Origin: Hormiphora californensis | Taxonomy: Eukaryota > Animalia > Ctenophora | Direction of reading: 5' to 3' | Length of the DNA stretch: 64,000 nucleotides | Assembly: GCA_020137815.1 (NCBI GenBank) | Contig: CM035354.1 | Span: 2,232,001-2,296,000 of the forward strand | In this document: one piece after another, positions 22,450-35,928 of the stretch | How positions within the stretch are numbered: position 1 is the first letter of the stretch | Layout: each line of letters opens with the position of its first letter | Translations under genes and position numbers: made by a program | Notes under the pieces: generated by a model | The model's database searches: none | The model's input: the letters and a program-made list of their open reading frames with translations, nothing else | What the model was told of the DNA's origin: nothing

Positions 22450-25400
22450 TTTCCAAAATTATTTGATCAACCTCTGATCGGGACCTCAGTCTTGGTGTGT
22501 CAGGGGTTCGTGTGTAAAGATGCTATTTTTGTCCACTCATAACGTCGTAAAAGGCAGTAAGTCAGTTTTGGGGTAGAACGCAGTAAGTCAAGCCCTCTAA
22601 AAAAGTTCACGTGACTTACTGCGTTTTACGCGTCTGTGTGAAATTTTGCTGACTTACTGCGTTTTACAATGAGTAAGAGCAAAAATCTTTAAAGGCGAAT
22701 ATCTCGAAATGGAAAAAAATGACTTAGTGCCTTTTACGTTAAAACGGCAGTATAGGGACCCATATGGACCAAATAGTGAAGGAATTAGCTTGTTAAACAT
22801 TTTTCCATAGTTTCGGTCCTTTCTTAGCTAAAATTCCCTAATTACAGGATATTGGAGTTTAGCTTTTTCCCTTTTCATAGAATTTGTTTTTCGCAATTAC
22901 AGCAAAAACGGTTGAAGTAGGAGCAAAATGTCTCTCAGAAGACCCCCCCAAAATCGGACCTTCTGAATCGTTTAAGCATAGTCTCAGGTCTCTACGATCA
23001 GCCGTTTTTGAGATACAGGGAATTTATTTATTTCTGAAATGACGGCTTTCACAAAGAAAACTCCGTACAGCTTATCTCAAATAAGGACACGCCCAAAATT
23101 TATGGCCACTTAGATAATCGTTAGACGCAACTTTTCACCAATTTACAGCTTTCACATGTTTTCGGAACTTTGCCAAATAGGGCGTTAAAGTGGAAAAAAA
23201 GAAATCCATCTCAGGACCGGAAATCAGCTCGCATTGCAAAAAAAATTTTTGTGGTTATTCACCTTCATGTCCTCTTCAAATCCCCAAATTTTCATGCTCC
23301 TATCTTTGAAAAAAATTTTTTGAGATGCCAAAAACTTATTTTCAGTTCATTTTTCAAGCAGCTGTAGCAAAAATATGAATTCGACTTGAGAGCTCAAATT
23401 GCATATTTGAGGTCTCCTTGGCATGGCCTACAACCCTACGGTGAGAGATTTCCCTGCACTCGAAAAAAATTTTTGGTTAGCGTACCCTTAAAGCGCTATA
23501 AAAAGCGCTTTTAAAAGCGGTGTTGAAAAAGCGCTTTTTAAAGCGCTTTTAAAAGCGCTATAAAGCGCTTTAAAAAGCGCTTTTTAAAGCGCTTTAAAAA
23601 GCGCTTTATAGCGCTTTTAAAAGCGCTGTACAGCGCTTTAAAAAGCGCTTTATATCGCTTCAGAAAGCGTTTCTAAAAACGCTTTTAAGCGCTTTAAAGC
23701 GCTTTAAAAAGCGCTTTCTAGAGCGCTTTAAAGCGCTTTCTAGAGCGCTTTAAAGCGCTTTAAAGCGCTTTTAAAAGTGCTTTTTAAAGCGCTTTATAGC
23801 GCTTTAAAGCGCTTTATAGCGCTTTAAAGCGCTTCTTATAGCGCTTTAAATAGTGCTTCATAGCGCTTTATAAAGCGCTTTATAGCGCTTTATATAGCGC
23901 TTTAAAGCGCTATATAAAGCGCTATATCAAGCGCTATAAAGCGCTATAAAGCGCTTTATAAAGCGCTATAAAGCGCTATATAAAGCGCTTTGCAGCGCTT
24001 TTTATAGCGCTATAAAGCGCTTTATAAAGTCTTTTAAAAAGCGCTTTAAAGCGCTTTTTAAAGCGCTTTATAGCGCTTTTTATAGCGCTTTATGTAGCGC
24101 TGTAAAGCGCTTCATAGCGCTTTATAAAGCGCTTTCAAGCGCTTTAAAAAGCGCTCGAAAGCGCTTTATAAAGCGCTTTTTATAGCGCTATAAAGCGCTT
24201 TAAAGCGCCTCTTAAAGCGCTAGAAAGCGCTTTAAAAAGCGATTTATAGCGCTTCATAAAGCGCTTTAAAAGCGCTTTTTATAGCGCTTTCTAGCGCTTT
24301 ATAGAGCGCTATAAAAAGCGCTTTAAAGCGCCTCTTAAAGCGCTTTTTATAGCGCTTTATAAAGCGCTAGAAAGCGCTATAAAAAGCGTTTTAAAGCGCT
24401 TTATGAAGCGCTATAAATCGCTTTTTAAAGCATTCTATTCGGTTTTTGAATATTATTATTTATTATTGTAAATCCCACTTTTTCGTGATCACTTCCACTC
24501 CTTTTCAGATTAAACTGCGTTTCCGTTGGGTGGTTTCCGTTATAATTTGGGTGCCTTGCAGCCTGTGTACAGGTGTGCGCTACCAAAAGAGTACACTTAG
24601 ACCGAGTTTTTCAAATGTCTATATAGTCATGCAACCACAAGGCCAATTTGAGTTAACTAAAGTCTCTTTTTGGGAGAGAGGGAGTGAAAGAGAGGGTACA
24701 CCACGGAGCACAGTTGGGTATGATATCCCCTCTTTCTTCTATCCTCCCGCGCTGTCTCTCTCAGTCTCATGTTATCGCGTGTGCTACGTTTAGTTCGGGA
24801 TGGGGGCGAGTGAGGGATAGAGAAAGAGGGTATACCATTACCACGGAGGATTTTAATAGGTGCGGCGTTTTCGGGTGTGGCGGGCGCCATGTGAGGTTCA
24901 CAGCCATATCATGATGCTTTTCGGAATCTCTAGGGGGTGTAATTTTTACGCCGTAATCTGGCTGGTGGCTCCGGCTGGTTGAGACACAGTCTACAGCTAA
25001 AACAGTGTAAAGATGTTAGTTATGAGACTTGAATGGTCAATGATGACGTCAGACGTGTGTGTAGCTGGTAGCAAGTCAATTGATTGACAGATACGAATAC
25101 AAGTGGCAAGTGCTGAGTCATGAGAGCAAGTCGAGAATCTCAACTCTCAAGACTCAACGGCAGACCGCAGACGGCACTCGGCAGAAGTAAGTGAAAACAA
25201 AGGAATGAATTCACTGCCAACTTATATTTGAGTCTGAACGGGCATGTTCCTTGGGTACGGTGCACCCTCTCTTTTTGGGAAGGGGGTAGGAAGAGGGAGT
25301 GAAAGAGAGGGTACAACACGGAGCACAGCTTATTTGGACATATGCCGAGTTTTATTAGTGCAAATTTTCCCACGGCCATGGGAAACTATGAAAGCTTAAT

Positions 25401-27407
25401 GTGATGAGCTCGTTTTACTATAAAAAGCGCTTTCAAGCGCCTTAAATAGCGCTTTAAAAAGCTTTAAAAAGCGCTAGAAAGCGCTTTTAAAAGCGCTTTA
25501 AAGCGCTTTATATAGCGCTTTTTAGCGCTATTTAAAGCGCTTTTCAGCGCTAGTTAAAGCGCTAAAAAGCGCTTTAAAAAGCGCTATAAAGCGCTCTAAA
25601 TAGCGCTTTATAGCGCCTCTAAAAGCTCTTTTTAAAGCGCCACAAAAAGCGCTTAAGAGCGCTATAAAAAGCGCTTCATAGCGCTATTTAAAGCGCTTTA
25701 TAGCGCTATAAAAAGCGCTTCAAAGCGCTTTAAAAAGCACTAAAAAGCGCTTTTCAAAGCGCTTTATAAAGCGCTAGAAAGCGCTTTTAAAAGCGCTTCC
25801 TAGCGCTTTTTAAAGCGCTTTTCAAAGCGCTTTTTAGCGCTTTATAGCGCTTTTTAGCGGTTGAAGTAGCACATTTTATATCGCTTTAAAGCGCTTTAAA
25901 AAGCGCTTTTTAGCGCTTTAAGAAGCGCTTTTTAGCGCTTTAAAAAGTGCTTTAGAAAGCGCTTTTTAGCGCTATAAAAAGCGCTTTAAAGCGCTCTTTA
26001 AAGCGCTTTAAAGCGCTTTCTAAAGCGCTTTTTAAAGCACTAAAAAGCGCTTTTAAAAGCGCTGTATAGCGCTATAAAGCGCTTTCAAATATGCTATATA
26101 AAGCGCTTTAAAAAGCGCTATAAAGCGCTTTGTAGCGCTTTATAGCGCTATTGAAAGCGATTTCTAGCGCTTTTAAAAGCGCTATAAAGCGCTTTATAGC
26201 GCTTTTAAAAGCGCTTTCTAGCGCTATTTAGCGCTTTATAGCGCTTTTAAAAGCGCTTTCGAAAGCGCTATAAAGCGCTAAATAGCGCTAAATAGCGCTT
26301 TAAAGCGATCTGACGAAGCGCTTTATAGCGCTTCATAGCGCTTTTTAAAGCGCTTGCAAAACGCTTTAAAGCGCTAAATTTTGAAAATAAAGCGCTTTAA
26401 ATCGGTGGCGCTTTAAAGCGCTTTTAAAAGCGCTTTATAGCGCTTTCGAAAGCGCTTTATATTGCTTCAGAAACCGCTATAAAGCGCTTTTAGCGCTTTA
26501 AAAGCGCTTTAAAGCGGTGCGCTTTAAAGCGGTATCGCTTTAAAGCGCTTTAAAGCGCTATAAAGCGCTTTCTCGAACGCTTTAAAGCGCTTTAAAGCGG
26601 TCGAAAATGTTCAGTCCAGAACTACCATATTACCCAACTCTGTAAAAACACTGCATTCTAGAATCCAGAGAAATGGGGGGAGGTACAGGGAGGAAGGCCA
26701 CACTGTGTGCGAGAGAAAGCATTTGTGTTGACAGTGTAGCTATCAGATAGGGATAGGAGAATTGTGAAAGAAGACTAAGAGAAAATAAGGGAGGGAGAGA
26801 TAGAGAGGGAGAGAGATAGAGAGAGGCTGACTAACTGAATTAGGGGACATTCACAAGTGCCTTTTGCCGTGAGGTGTCAAAACGGTAGACAAAACACTGA
26901 ATAACAGAATAGAAATATTATTACATTGTGCATACATGCATGCATATTGGAGCTGAGGGGGGGGGGGCTTGCAAAATGGAAAACCTGAAGCTGTCCAGGT
27001 TTTGCCGACTGGACAAGGGAAAACAATGTTTTCCGAAAACAATGTTTTCCGAAAACATTCACCGGTATATTAGGACAAATGTAACATGGGATTTAGTGAA
27101 CATAAAACAAGGGTATAACATGTAGTTACTACATATACATGTAGGCTACTGCATACTACCCGTCCACATGATGACTATTTTAAACGCAATATCTAAAGGG
27201 GGTTTGAAAATAAAGATCTGTGTGAATACATTCAACAGCCTCATACACTTCCACAGATAGTTAAGTAAAAAAGTAGAAAAAAGAACATAAAACTATTCCT
27301 CGCTCATCAGGGGACCGATCTCTAACTGGTGCCATCGGCATCATCTTTGCCCGTGTTATATTTCTCTTCTTTGACACTTTATTGAACAAAGAGAGCATGC
27401 CTTAAAC

Positions 27408-27495
27408 CAGGAACCGACCGAATCAGGAAATACTGGTCCCTGATTGGCTGATAACCAGTCACGTGACCTAAATAACGAGTTCTGATTGGTTCCTG
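27408..27495 (-). mobile_element. hAT-type MITE copy with internal deletion
   Basis: TSD CCTTAAAC. Confidence 0.85.
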
Positions 27496-27539
27496 CCTTA
27501 AACCCAGTTTTAGCAGTTCTATCCACTAATTAAATTTAG

Positions 27540-28107
27540 GGGGGGGGGTGCAGCCCCAAAAAAAATCAAACTTTTTCCGAAACCCAGGGTATGGTTGGTT
27601 TTTTTTGGCTTTTTTTGGTTGAAATTTCTTTGATTTTTTTTGGTCGTTTTTGATTTTTTTTGGTCGTTTTTGATTTTTTTTGATCTGTTTTGATTTTTTT
27701 GATCGTTTTTGATTTTTTTTGAATTTTTTTGATCGTTTTTGAATTTTTTTGGTCGTTTTTGATTTTTTAAATGTTTAATGTTTGTTGGTCGTTTTTGATT
27801 TTTTTGGTCGTTTTTGATTTTTTTTGATCGTTTTTGATGTTTTTTGAATTTTTTTGATCGTTTTTGATCGTTTTTTATTTTTAAATGTTTAATGTTGAAC
27901 AAAAAAGTTCAAAAAAAATCAAAAACGATCAAATAAAATCAAAAACGATCAAAAAAGTTCAAAAAAAATCAAAAACGATCAAAAAAAATCAAAAAAGATC
28001 AAAAAAAATCAAAAAAGATCAAAAAAAATCAAAAACGACCAAAAAAAATCAATACTTTTGAAAATCCAGGGTATGGTTGGTTATTTTTTGGGCTGCACCC
28101 CCCCCCC
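27540..28107. mobile_element. Foldback MITE with TTTTTGATCG/CGATCAAAAA subrepeats
   Basis: TIR G(n)TGCAGCCCAAAAA / TTTTTGGGCTGCAC(n); flanking direct repeat AATTTAG; T-rich left half mirrored by A-rich right half. Confidence 0.8.
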
Positions 28108-28146
28108 AATTTAGCTTCTTAACATTAAAATAACTTAATCACCTTA

Positions 28147-28661
28147 GGCTATAAGCATACTGATCGTGATGATCATCATCAGTTAAAAAGATCATCATCT
28201 GCAAAAAACTGCAGTGTGCGGAACATTATGATCATCACGTAAGAGCCGGCCCTGGAGCCGTCTCTTAAGTTAGATCATGATCATCAACACCTAGTGTGCG
28301 CACGTTCTGATGTTATGGAGGACTTTGGTTACGAAGTTACCCCTTGCCTAGCGCGTGCGAAGGTCGCCCTGCAACCTGAGCTAGGTCTAAACAGAGTGTG
28401 AGGTGTCTTCGATACCAAATGATGATCATGATCAAAAGGCAAGTTCCAGCAAGTTGAGCATGGTTTATGATGATCAAACATGCGCACACTATCATGGTTT
28501 ATGATGATCAAACGTGAACACACTATGGTTTGAGAGCATCATGATGCATCAAGCCTCCATCATGATGATAATCATCAATGTATGCTTCTTTGATGGTGAA
28601 CATCAAAATCTCCGTACACTGACCTGATTATGATCATCACGATCAGTATGCTTATATAGCC
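28147..28661. mobile_element. PIF/Harbinger-type MITE with TGATCATCA subrepeats
   Basis: TTA|GGCTATAAGCATACTGATCGTGATGATCAT...ATGATCATCACGATCAGTATGCTTATATAGCC|TTA. Confidence 0.8.
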
Positions 28662-28750
28662 TTAGTTAATTTCCGACTTTCAATATATATATCATGTACC
28701 AGACTTTAACACACATCCTATCGAAAAACAAGCTAAAAAAGGCACACACT

Positions 28751-29599
28751 TCACCCCACTACCGCAAGAATACTGACTAATAGGGCCACCATGGGTCCCG
28801 CTGCTAAGTGCTGATGATAGGACACTTCTCATACTGATAGATAGCCTCAGCTAGAGTTCAAAGCATCCACATTGGCATCAGCAACACTGAGTTTTGTTGG
28901 GGTTACATCCCGTCCCTTCACACGCATCCATACATGAATCAAAGTCCTTAGCACAGCCCCACTTCCCGGTGGTTGATGTAGTATTCGGAGTCCCAGATCG
29001 TGTAGTTGGTGTTGAACTTGTTCCCACTTGTAGTAGGTACACACTGTGAAGCCATCCGGACACGTCCTGGGAGGGATCAGGGTGGGTCAAGAAAATATGG
29101 GCTTTGTTTGGGGTGGGTCAATAAAATATGGGGTGGGGGAGAGAGAGGGGAGGGTCAAGAAAATATGGGCTTTGGTGGGGGAGAGAGAGGGGAGGGTTAG
29201 TTGGGACTTGGGATATAGCTGAGAATGGATCAGGGAGGGGGTGGGTTAGTTCGGATCATGGTCTGTGTTACTCGCCAAAGGGGGTTTTTAGTAACTGCTT
29301 GTATTCCATATGAAACTAAGAAAGCTGGGAAAATTGCCAACAACTCGAGTCGAGCATTTGCAAAACCAAGGACCGACCGAATCAGGAAATACTGGTCCCT
29401 GATTGGCTGATAACCAGTCACGTGACCTAAATAGCGAGTTGTGATTGGTTGTTTACTTGTTTCGGTCGGTTCCTGTGCAAAACCAATGGGCAACTTACGC
29501 ATTGTTGTAGCACATGAGTTCCAATGATTTAGGGCATTCCAAGCACCTGTACTCAGCTCCCTCCACCACAAGGCCCACCAGCAGTAGGAGATACCACAT
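28751..29599 (-). pseudogene. Ly6/uPAR-like paralog B; exons 29599-29499 (intact) and 29066-28751 (several frameshifts); pseudogene or consensus errors
   Basis: MWYLLLLVGLVVEGAEYRCLECPKSLELMCYNNA-TCPDGFTVCTYYKW / ...GKWGCAKDFDSCMDAC...TQCC / ANVDALNS...EKC...PMVALLVSILAVVG*. Same phase-2 intron position and ELMCYNN motif as paralog A. Confidence 0.7.
29367..29475 (-). mobile_element. hAT-type MITE copy in the Ly6-B intron
   Basis: TSD TGCAAAAC. Confidence 0.9.
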
Positions 29600-29949
29600 A
29601 TTCATCTCACATAGTATCTGGTAAACAGCTGAGAGGGGAGGGGGTTAGGAAACATGTTATCTCATACAAAAGAGAGGGGTCGGTTAGGAATAGAAAAATG
29701 GTTCCTAAACCACTACAAAGTCCCTGATTCTTCTAGACAATCTAAAATAAGTTGAGGTTCGGGGGTAGGAAACCACACGCACGGCAAATGTAAATAGTGT
29801 AGTGACTCTATCATTGAAAAGACCAAGGCTTTCGCTATTTAACTATATATCGAGACAGAGACTAATCTGAACTTTTGAAGTGGAAGGTGTTTAGTTAGGG
29901 TGTAAACCACGGTAAACTAAAGAGTTTCGAGGCTGGCATTATGATGAAA

Positions 29950-31240
29950 CAATTGGTGCAGAACCTGGGCCCACATTTATTGTGTTTATGTAGCGCCCGT
30001 AGGCTTTATTCTAGGGCTCTGGTAGCCGGGTTTTCAGGATTTCGCCTGTTTTGCGTCTCGGTTCTTGCTTTTTTAATTACTAGGCTTGTCTTTTGCGGTT
30101 AGTGGGTGCAAGGTGAGAGGCCTTTGTCATGCTCTCGATCGGCTGCCCCATAGTTCTGTTATGTAGGTATGAAAAACTTTTCATCTAGCTGCGTTCAACT
30201 TCCTCCTTCCAGGCGCTCTATTTTTGAATCTTTTGGCCCATCTGGTTGTTTGATCGTATGTAATGCTGGGCGGATTGTACGTGTTTGTTTTGTTTTCTAT
30301 GGCGTATAGTGTGAGACGCGAGTCTATATAGGAGTTTTCTAGTGGTTTTTGACGCACTTCCCTTTCATTAATTGATAACCCTACTCGATGTATGATCATG
30401 ACTAGAGTACTTTCCATTCCAGGATGAGTGCGTAATGAACCGGTCCTTCTGCATGATGAAATGGAGCATGTGATCTGATACCCATGTGTTTGTCGATAGA
30501 TGACAAGTGTTCTATCATGCGAAACTTGGTGTAGTCCGTTTCTGTTCTCTCCTAAAAGCCTGCGAAGATCTGTGGCATCGTGGCGCTCCGCGTGTTCACC
30601 TTTCCTTCTTTTTATCCAATCTATAGTGCCGGTGCTAGACCTTTCGAATCACCAAGTGCTCTATCGCTATCTCTCCGTTTGCCTCCTTCTGCAACTGTCA
30701 CATCTACTCTCTGGTTCCCTAGTCCATCTTTCCACTGTCTTTGCCTCCCGGTCTGAAACCCCCAATCCGCCGTCGCACTGCGCGGCATTGTTGCTAGTTT
30801 CTTTCTCGTTTCCCTCTAGCCCTTCTTGACTCGCCGCGCTCCCCGCTAATATCCGGTTATGCCCTCAATAAAGATCATGCTCACTTCTATGAGCTGTACC
30901 TACTTTCGCCTTTATTCAGGAGTTTTCTGCTGAGCGAACGGTTTCTTACATGTTCTCACATAATCCCTCGCCCAAGGTCTTAGGCCTCTGCCTTTCCCAG
31001 GGTACTTAGCTCTGTTCCTCGCTTTTTGCGCGATCCTCCTATACCCCTGGGTGCTCTCCACAAGCCTCTGTCTGTGTGCTGGTTTCGGCCTTCGCCCCCG
31101 TTCCTCTTCATTGCTGTGTGTCCGGTTACCCGTCAAGCTTCCGATGATGGCTCTCTCTAGAGCTGTGTGGTGGTTTCTTCGTCGGCTGGTTTTGGCAGTA
31201 TTGCCTCCTTTCTTTTCCTCATTTTGTTCAAAACTAAACT
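29950..31240 (-). mobile_element. Possible heavily degenerate non-LTR (APE-type LINE) fragment
   Basis: A-rich minus strand. PPSITYDQTTRWAKRFKNRAPG resembles the pre-RT ITxxEVxxAIxxLKNxKAPG motif; an SDH-like stretch lies upstream. Many indels. Confidence 0.35.
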
Positions 31241-31399
31241 AATCAGGTCAGTCAACGCGATAGTTTTAAACAATGGTACAATAGGGTCAGGATGCCTATA
31301 CAGATTATAGTGCTTCTAAACGAATAATACTTCTCACAAGGCGTCTATCGAAATGCAGTCCGGTCGATAGTTTTTTTTAGTTCATCCATCGTCTGTCAA

Positions 31400-31650
31400 G
31401 CATTTGGCGGACCCCATTTCTCGTTTCTTCAATGTTGGGAGTGTGCGAGAACTGCGGTCAGAGCATTGGCCTGACCCATTCTCGTTTCTCTCAAATTTGG
31501 GAGTGTGCGAGAACTGTGGTCAGAGCATTGGCCTGACCTATTCTCGTTTCTCTCAAATTTGGGAGCGCGCGAGAACTGTGGTCAGAGCATTGGCCTGACC
31601 CATTCTCGTTTCTCTCAAATTTGGGAGCACACGAGAACTGTGGTCAGACA
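31400..31650 (+). repeat. ~62-bp tandem repeat carrying the dispersed TCAGAGCATTGGCCTGA motif
   Basis: GAGAACTG(C/T)GGTCAGAGCATTGGCCTGACCCATTCTCGTTTCTCTCAAATTTGGGAG about x4. Confidence 0.85.
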
Positions 31651-32641
31651 GCCAGTCGTTGACAATATAATACAGTAGAGATGACAAAGAGAAACAAGTT
31701 TATTTCAGATTCTGAAACATTCTGTTTCTTTTTGTTATATCCGGCTCTGGGTATCCCGATTGAGCACTGTTGGTGGAACGTGAACAGTCCTAAATACCGA
31801 GATGGTGAACTAGAAAATTAGATAGAGATGGTTCTGTAGTACCGGTAGTAAAAGAGGACAAGTGGACCATTTAAGAGCCCACTCCCACACTAACTCATAC
31901 AACTGCCGTCCTACAATCTTCTAACTTTCTCTCCCTTCCTCCTCCTTCCTTTTATCTCTCCTCTCCTCTTCTCTCTCTCGGATCTCTTCCTCAATCTTCC
32001 TCTCTCCTCTCTCCTTCTGGCCTCACCTCTCCTCTCTGCGTCTCTGTCTCTCTCTCCTTGTCTGTCTCGCTCTCTCGGGGTCTCTCTCTCGTCACGATGC
32101 TCTTCTCGTCGTCTCGGATGTGGTGGAGGAGGTTGCTCTCCCGATTCGTTCGTGCGCGGTCGGGTTCTCAGCGTCCTTCTGCTCCCTCGGTCTCTCTGGC
32201 GTCCCATTCTGCGGCTCTCTTCCCCGTCTGGTCGTGCTCGGTCTCCGTGGTCTCCTATCTCGTTCGGCGTTCGCGTGCCTCACTTTCTCTCATCGGTCCT
32301 TTCTCTCTACGGTCCTACTCATCTCTCTCTAGTCTCCGGGTCTCGTCGATTCGGGTCTCTCAGCCTGTGCTCTCTCTCTTCGTTCGTTTTTCTCTCTCTC
32401 GTCCTCCTCTCTTCTTCCGGGCTCTGTCTCTCTCTCTCTCCTCTCTCTCTCTCCTCAAAAAAACGAGTGGCGAGGTGTCAGGGGAAATTAAAATTACAAA
32501 AAAAGTGAACTATCAATATCTATATATCTCCACTCCGATTCTAAACAGTAAACAACCTAGATGCGCTTCCACTCTAACTCTTCTACAAAAAAGAAGGCCT
32601 ATCATATGATGTCGCTAACTGAAAAGTAAAACCCTAGGCTA

Positions 32642-33095
32642 CAGGGACCCACCGAATAAAAAAATACTGGTCCCTGATTGGCTGATAACCAGTCACGTGA
32701 CCTAAATGACGAGTTCTGATTGGTTGTTTCGGTCGGTACCCTAGGCTATCATAAGATGAGATGTAGCCTGGCAAGTTCAAGAAGTTGATCAAGAAAGAAG
32801 CGCATTGTGTACGAATCAGATATTAATCAAAGATATAGGTAGATTGGGATAGAGAGTGTGTGAAAGATATATTGATAGAGCAAGATGCAGAGATAGATAG
32901 AGAAGTGAAACACACACACATCTGTGTTTCAAGGTGGCATGTGGACAAGTGGGGAGGCAGCATGTGGATATTCACAAGCAGGAACCGACCGAATCAGGAA
33001 ATACTGGTCCCTGAGTGCTGAAACCCCCAGCACGTGACCTAAATAAAGAGTTCTTGTTGGTTGTTTACTTGTTCGGTCGGTCGGTCGGTTTCCTA
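32642..33095 (-). mobile_element. Two degenerate hAT-type MITE copies (~32642-32740 and ~32979-33095)
   Basis: Recognisable core ATACTGGTCCCTGA...CACGTGACCTAAAT with many indels. Confidence 0.75.
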
Positions 33096-34368
33096 CTCAC
33101 AATCATAACTAATGGAAACGAAACTGGGATAGAAAAGACAGAGCAATATAGAAAGAAATAGAAAGGAAGGGACGATATGAAAAATTCAAGTTTGTGTTCT
33201 ATTTAGATCTTTTATTACACATATCCCCCGAATCATATAGAACCTTACAGATGGAGAAAGGAAGATAGAGAGTTGTGTTAGAGAGAAGAGATAGAGAGAG
33301 ATAAGAGTGAGAAGAGAGGAGAGAGAGATACTCTCTCGCTCCTCTCTCTAGTCTCTCTCTCTCTCCCGTCTCCCTCTTTCTTCCCCTCTGTTCTTCCCCT
33401 TTCTCCTTTCTCTCCCTTATAACAAAGTTCAGGGGGAGATTGATTGCCCAATAATACGCCCAACTACCACAACTGTACACGAAATAAAATATCTCAAACA
33501 ACTCCTCACTCATTTTTCTGACAATAGAGCATCATTTTCTTTCTTGCTTTCTTTTCTTTTCCTTCAATTCTTTCCGTCTTCCCGTTTTCATGCTCCTGAT
33601 AGGTAACCCAGAGAGATCGAGGAGACATATAGAGAGAGAGCTATAGAGAGGATCTAGAGATATACTCAGATAGCTCTAGCGAAGGATAGAGATCGCGCAC
33701 GAGATTATCTCTCTATCGCTCCTCGCTCTATCACGCGCTCTAGTATCCCGCCTCCCAGGCCCTTCGTTTACACCTCTGCTATATAAGAAGTGCGAATTAC
33801 CCAGTGACTCCACCCGGATCTGAGCAGAATATCTAAAGTACCACACCCAAAACAAGACAAACCCACTGACTTGTCCCCACCGGCTTCCCCCCGCTATCTC
33901 TCCCGCTGGTCTTTCGCGTCCCCCTCCTTTCCTTGTATACTCGAGACTGAAGTCCTCTTGGTCGCTTCCGCACGGTCACGTTTGCCCGTGTTTACCACAC
34001 TTCTTCTCCTCCCCCCCGCTTCCCCTTTCCCCTTCCCTCCCCCTCCAACCTCTACTTCCCATTTTCCCATACTCCCCCCGCCACACGCTTATCAAAACTT
34101 TGGCTCCAGACATACTGTTGAACTTTTAAAACAAGGCACTATAGCCCAGAACAAGTGTATAGCCTGTTGCGGTTTGATTATTCTCAACACACAGTTGGGC
34201 AGGGCACTGCCAGAACAGAGACCCCGCCGACTAACAGAAAAACTGGGAAAAAAGGACACTAAAATATAACTTATGCGAGTGAATAGCCACAAGGTATAGA
34301 GGTCCAGGTGCACAGCTTATATGGTACACTCATAGCCATGCCTTGATGAGAGAGTGAGAGAGAGATAG

Positions 34369-34423
<55 letters not shown>

Positions 34424-35928
34424 GGCCGCGAGAGAGAGATAGAAGCTAGAGAGAGAGAGCGAAGAGAGAGATAGAGAGAGCGAGAGAGATAGAAGAGAGA
34501 GAGATAGAGAGGATAGGAGAATCGAGATAGGAGAGAGGAGCTAGAGATAGCGATAGGTATAGAGAGAGAGAGAGATATCGCGAGAGAGAGATATAGAGAG
34601 ATATGAGAGATATATATGATAGATAGTTGTTCATATTTGATATTTGATATAAAACTTTTGTTAATATTAAATTTGTGGCCAGCTTATTAGTAAGACCATA
34701 AATTAAAAGATCAACTTACGGTCGGTTCATATATCTAGATCTACTACTGATGGGGGTCCATAGTATCGCCAGATAAAATGGAATGCAATGAAATCCTAGA
34801 GATTAGAGAAATTCACACTAATGGGTAAGGTAATATACCAGTCTCTTAGTTCTCACCTTGTGGTGCACGCCCGCTGCTGCCTTTACCAGGGTGGCCTTGC
34901 CCCCACACAAACATACACATAACATGTTATTACAGAGACACGACACTGATAGTCCTCTGAAAGAGAGAGAGAGAGAATTAGAGATAGAGAGAGAGAGATA
35001 GAGGGAGATAGAGAGTTGGGAGAGAGGATGAGATAGAGAGTTTGTTTGTGTTTATTGTCGCTTGTCAGTGCTTGTATATCAATCCCTTAATTTTTAAAAG
35101 AACTATTTTATCCAACCACCTTTCCCACAATATTTTTCCATATTTGGCAATCCCCCTTACTCTTGCTCCTTCCCTTTTCAAGCCTTCACCCCCTTCTTTC
35201 CTTCCCCCCTCCTTCGAATCTTTCTCTCATGACCATCCGATGGCCATCATCGTTTCACACAATGTCAGAATCATATTCTTCAAATATATAGTGAAGAATC
35301 GTTAAAATACCGTCCCTTTGGCTGTTGAGCTGTCAGGACAGGGTCATCCATCATCCAGGAATGATCTGATATTGAGGGGCGGCCTTTTTGACGCGCGCAC
35401 GGTCTCTCCTCGCGCCAGATTTTCTCTCACCCTCCATGTGTGTTGCACCGCGCCGTCCGTCTATAACTGCTGGATGTGGATTTTGAAGAAGTGTGTCCCG
35501 CGGCACTCTCTCTCGACATTTTACCATGATGCTACGAGGGATAAAGATACAGGATCAGGGGGCGTTTAGAACGGAGGAAGATTGGATAGAGAGGGAGGTA
35601 CATAACTGAATAGAGACGGACGGGGGGGGGGGGGGGGGGGCTGGGGAGGGGGTCTTTGAATATACAAGGGAAGATATTTAAGATGAACAACGGACAAATA
35701 AACTCAGGAACATGATTTTGAGGTTTTCAAACAAATTTAAAAAGTATTTATAACAATCCATATATCATGTACATTAACGATCTCCGTCAGAGAATAGAGT
35801 CAGTAAAATGCGTTTCAATCATGCGAAAATGAAGAGAGATAAGGGAATTGATTAGAGGTGTAGAGTCCCCTCCCTGTATATTACGTCACTACGTGTAGCA
35901 GTGTAGCCCCTAGCAGTGCTGCAGCAGC

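Noticed and set aside
24432-25420. Possible transposase remnant in the centre of the Merlin-like element
   Set aside because: Short ORFs only; no DDE/IS1016-like motif recognisable.
28700-35700. Frameshifts in Ly6-B, the LINE-like fragment and possible exons at 33400-35570 as programmed recoding or true decay
   Set aside because: The whole stretch shows scattered indels and garbled microsatellites, more consistent with low-quality consensus; needs read polishing.
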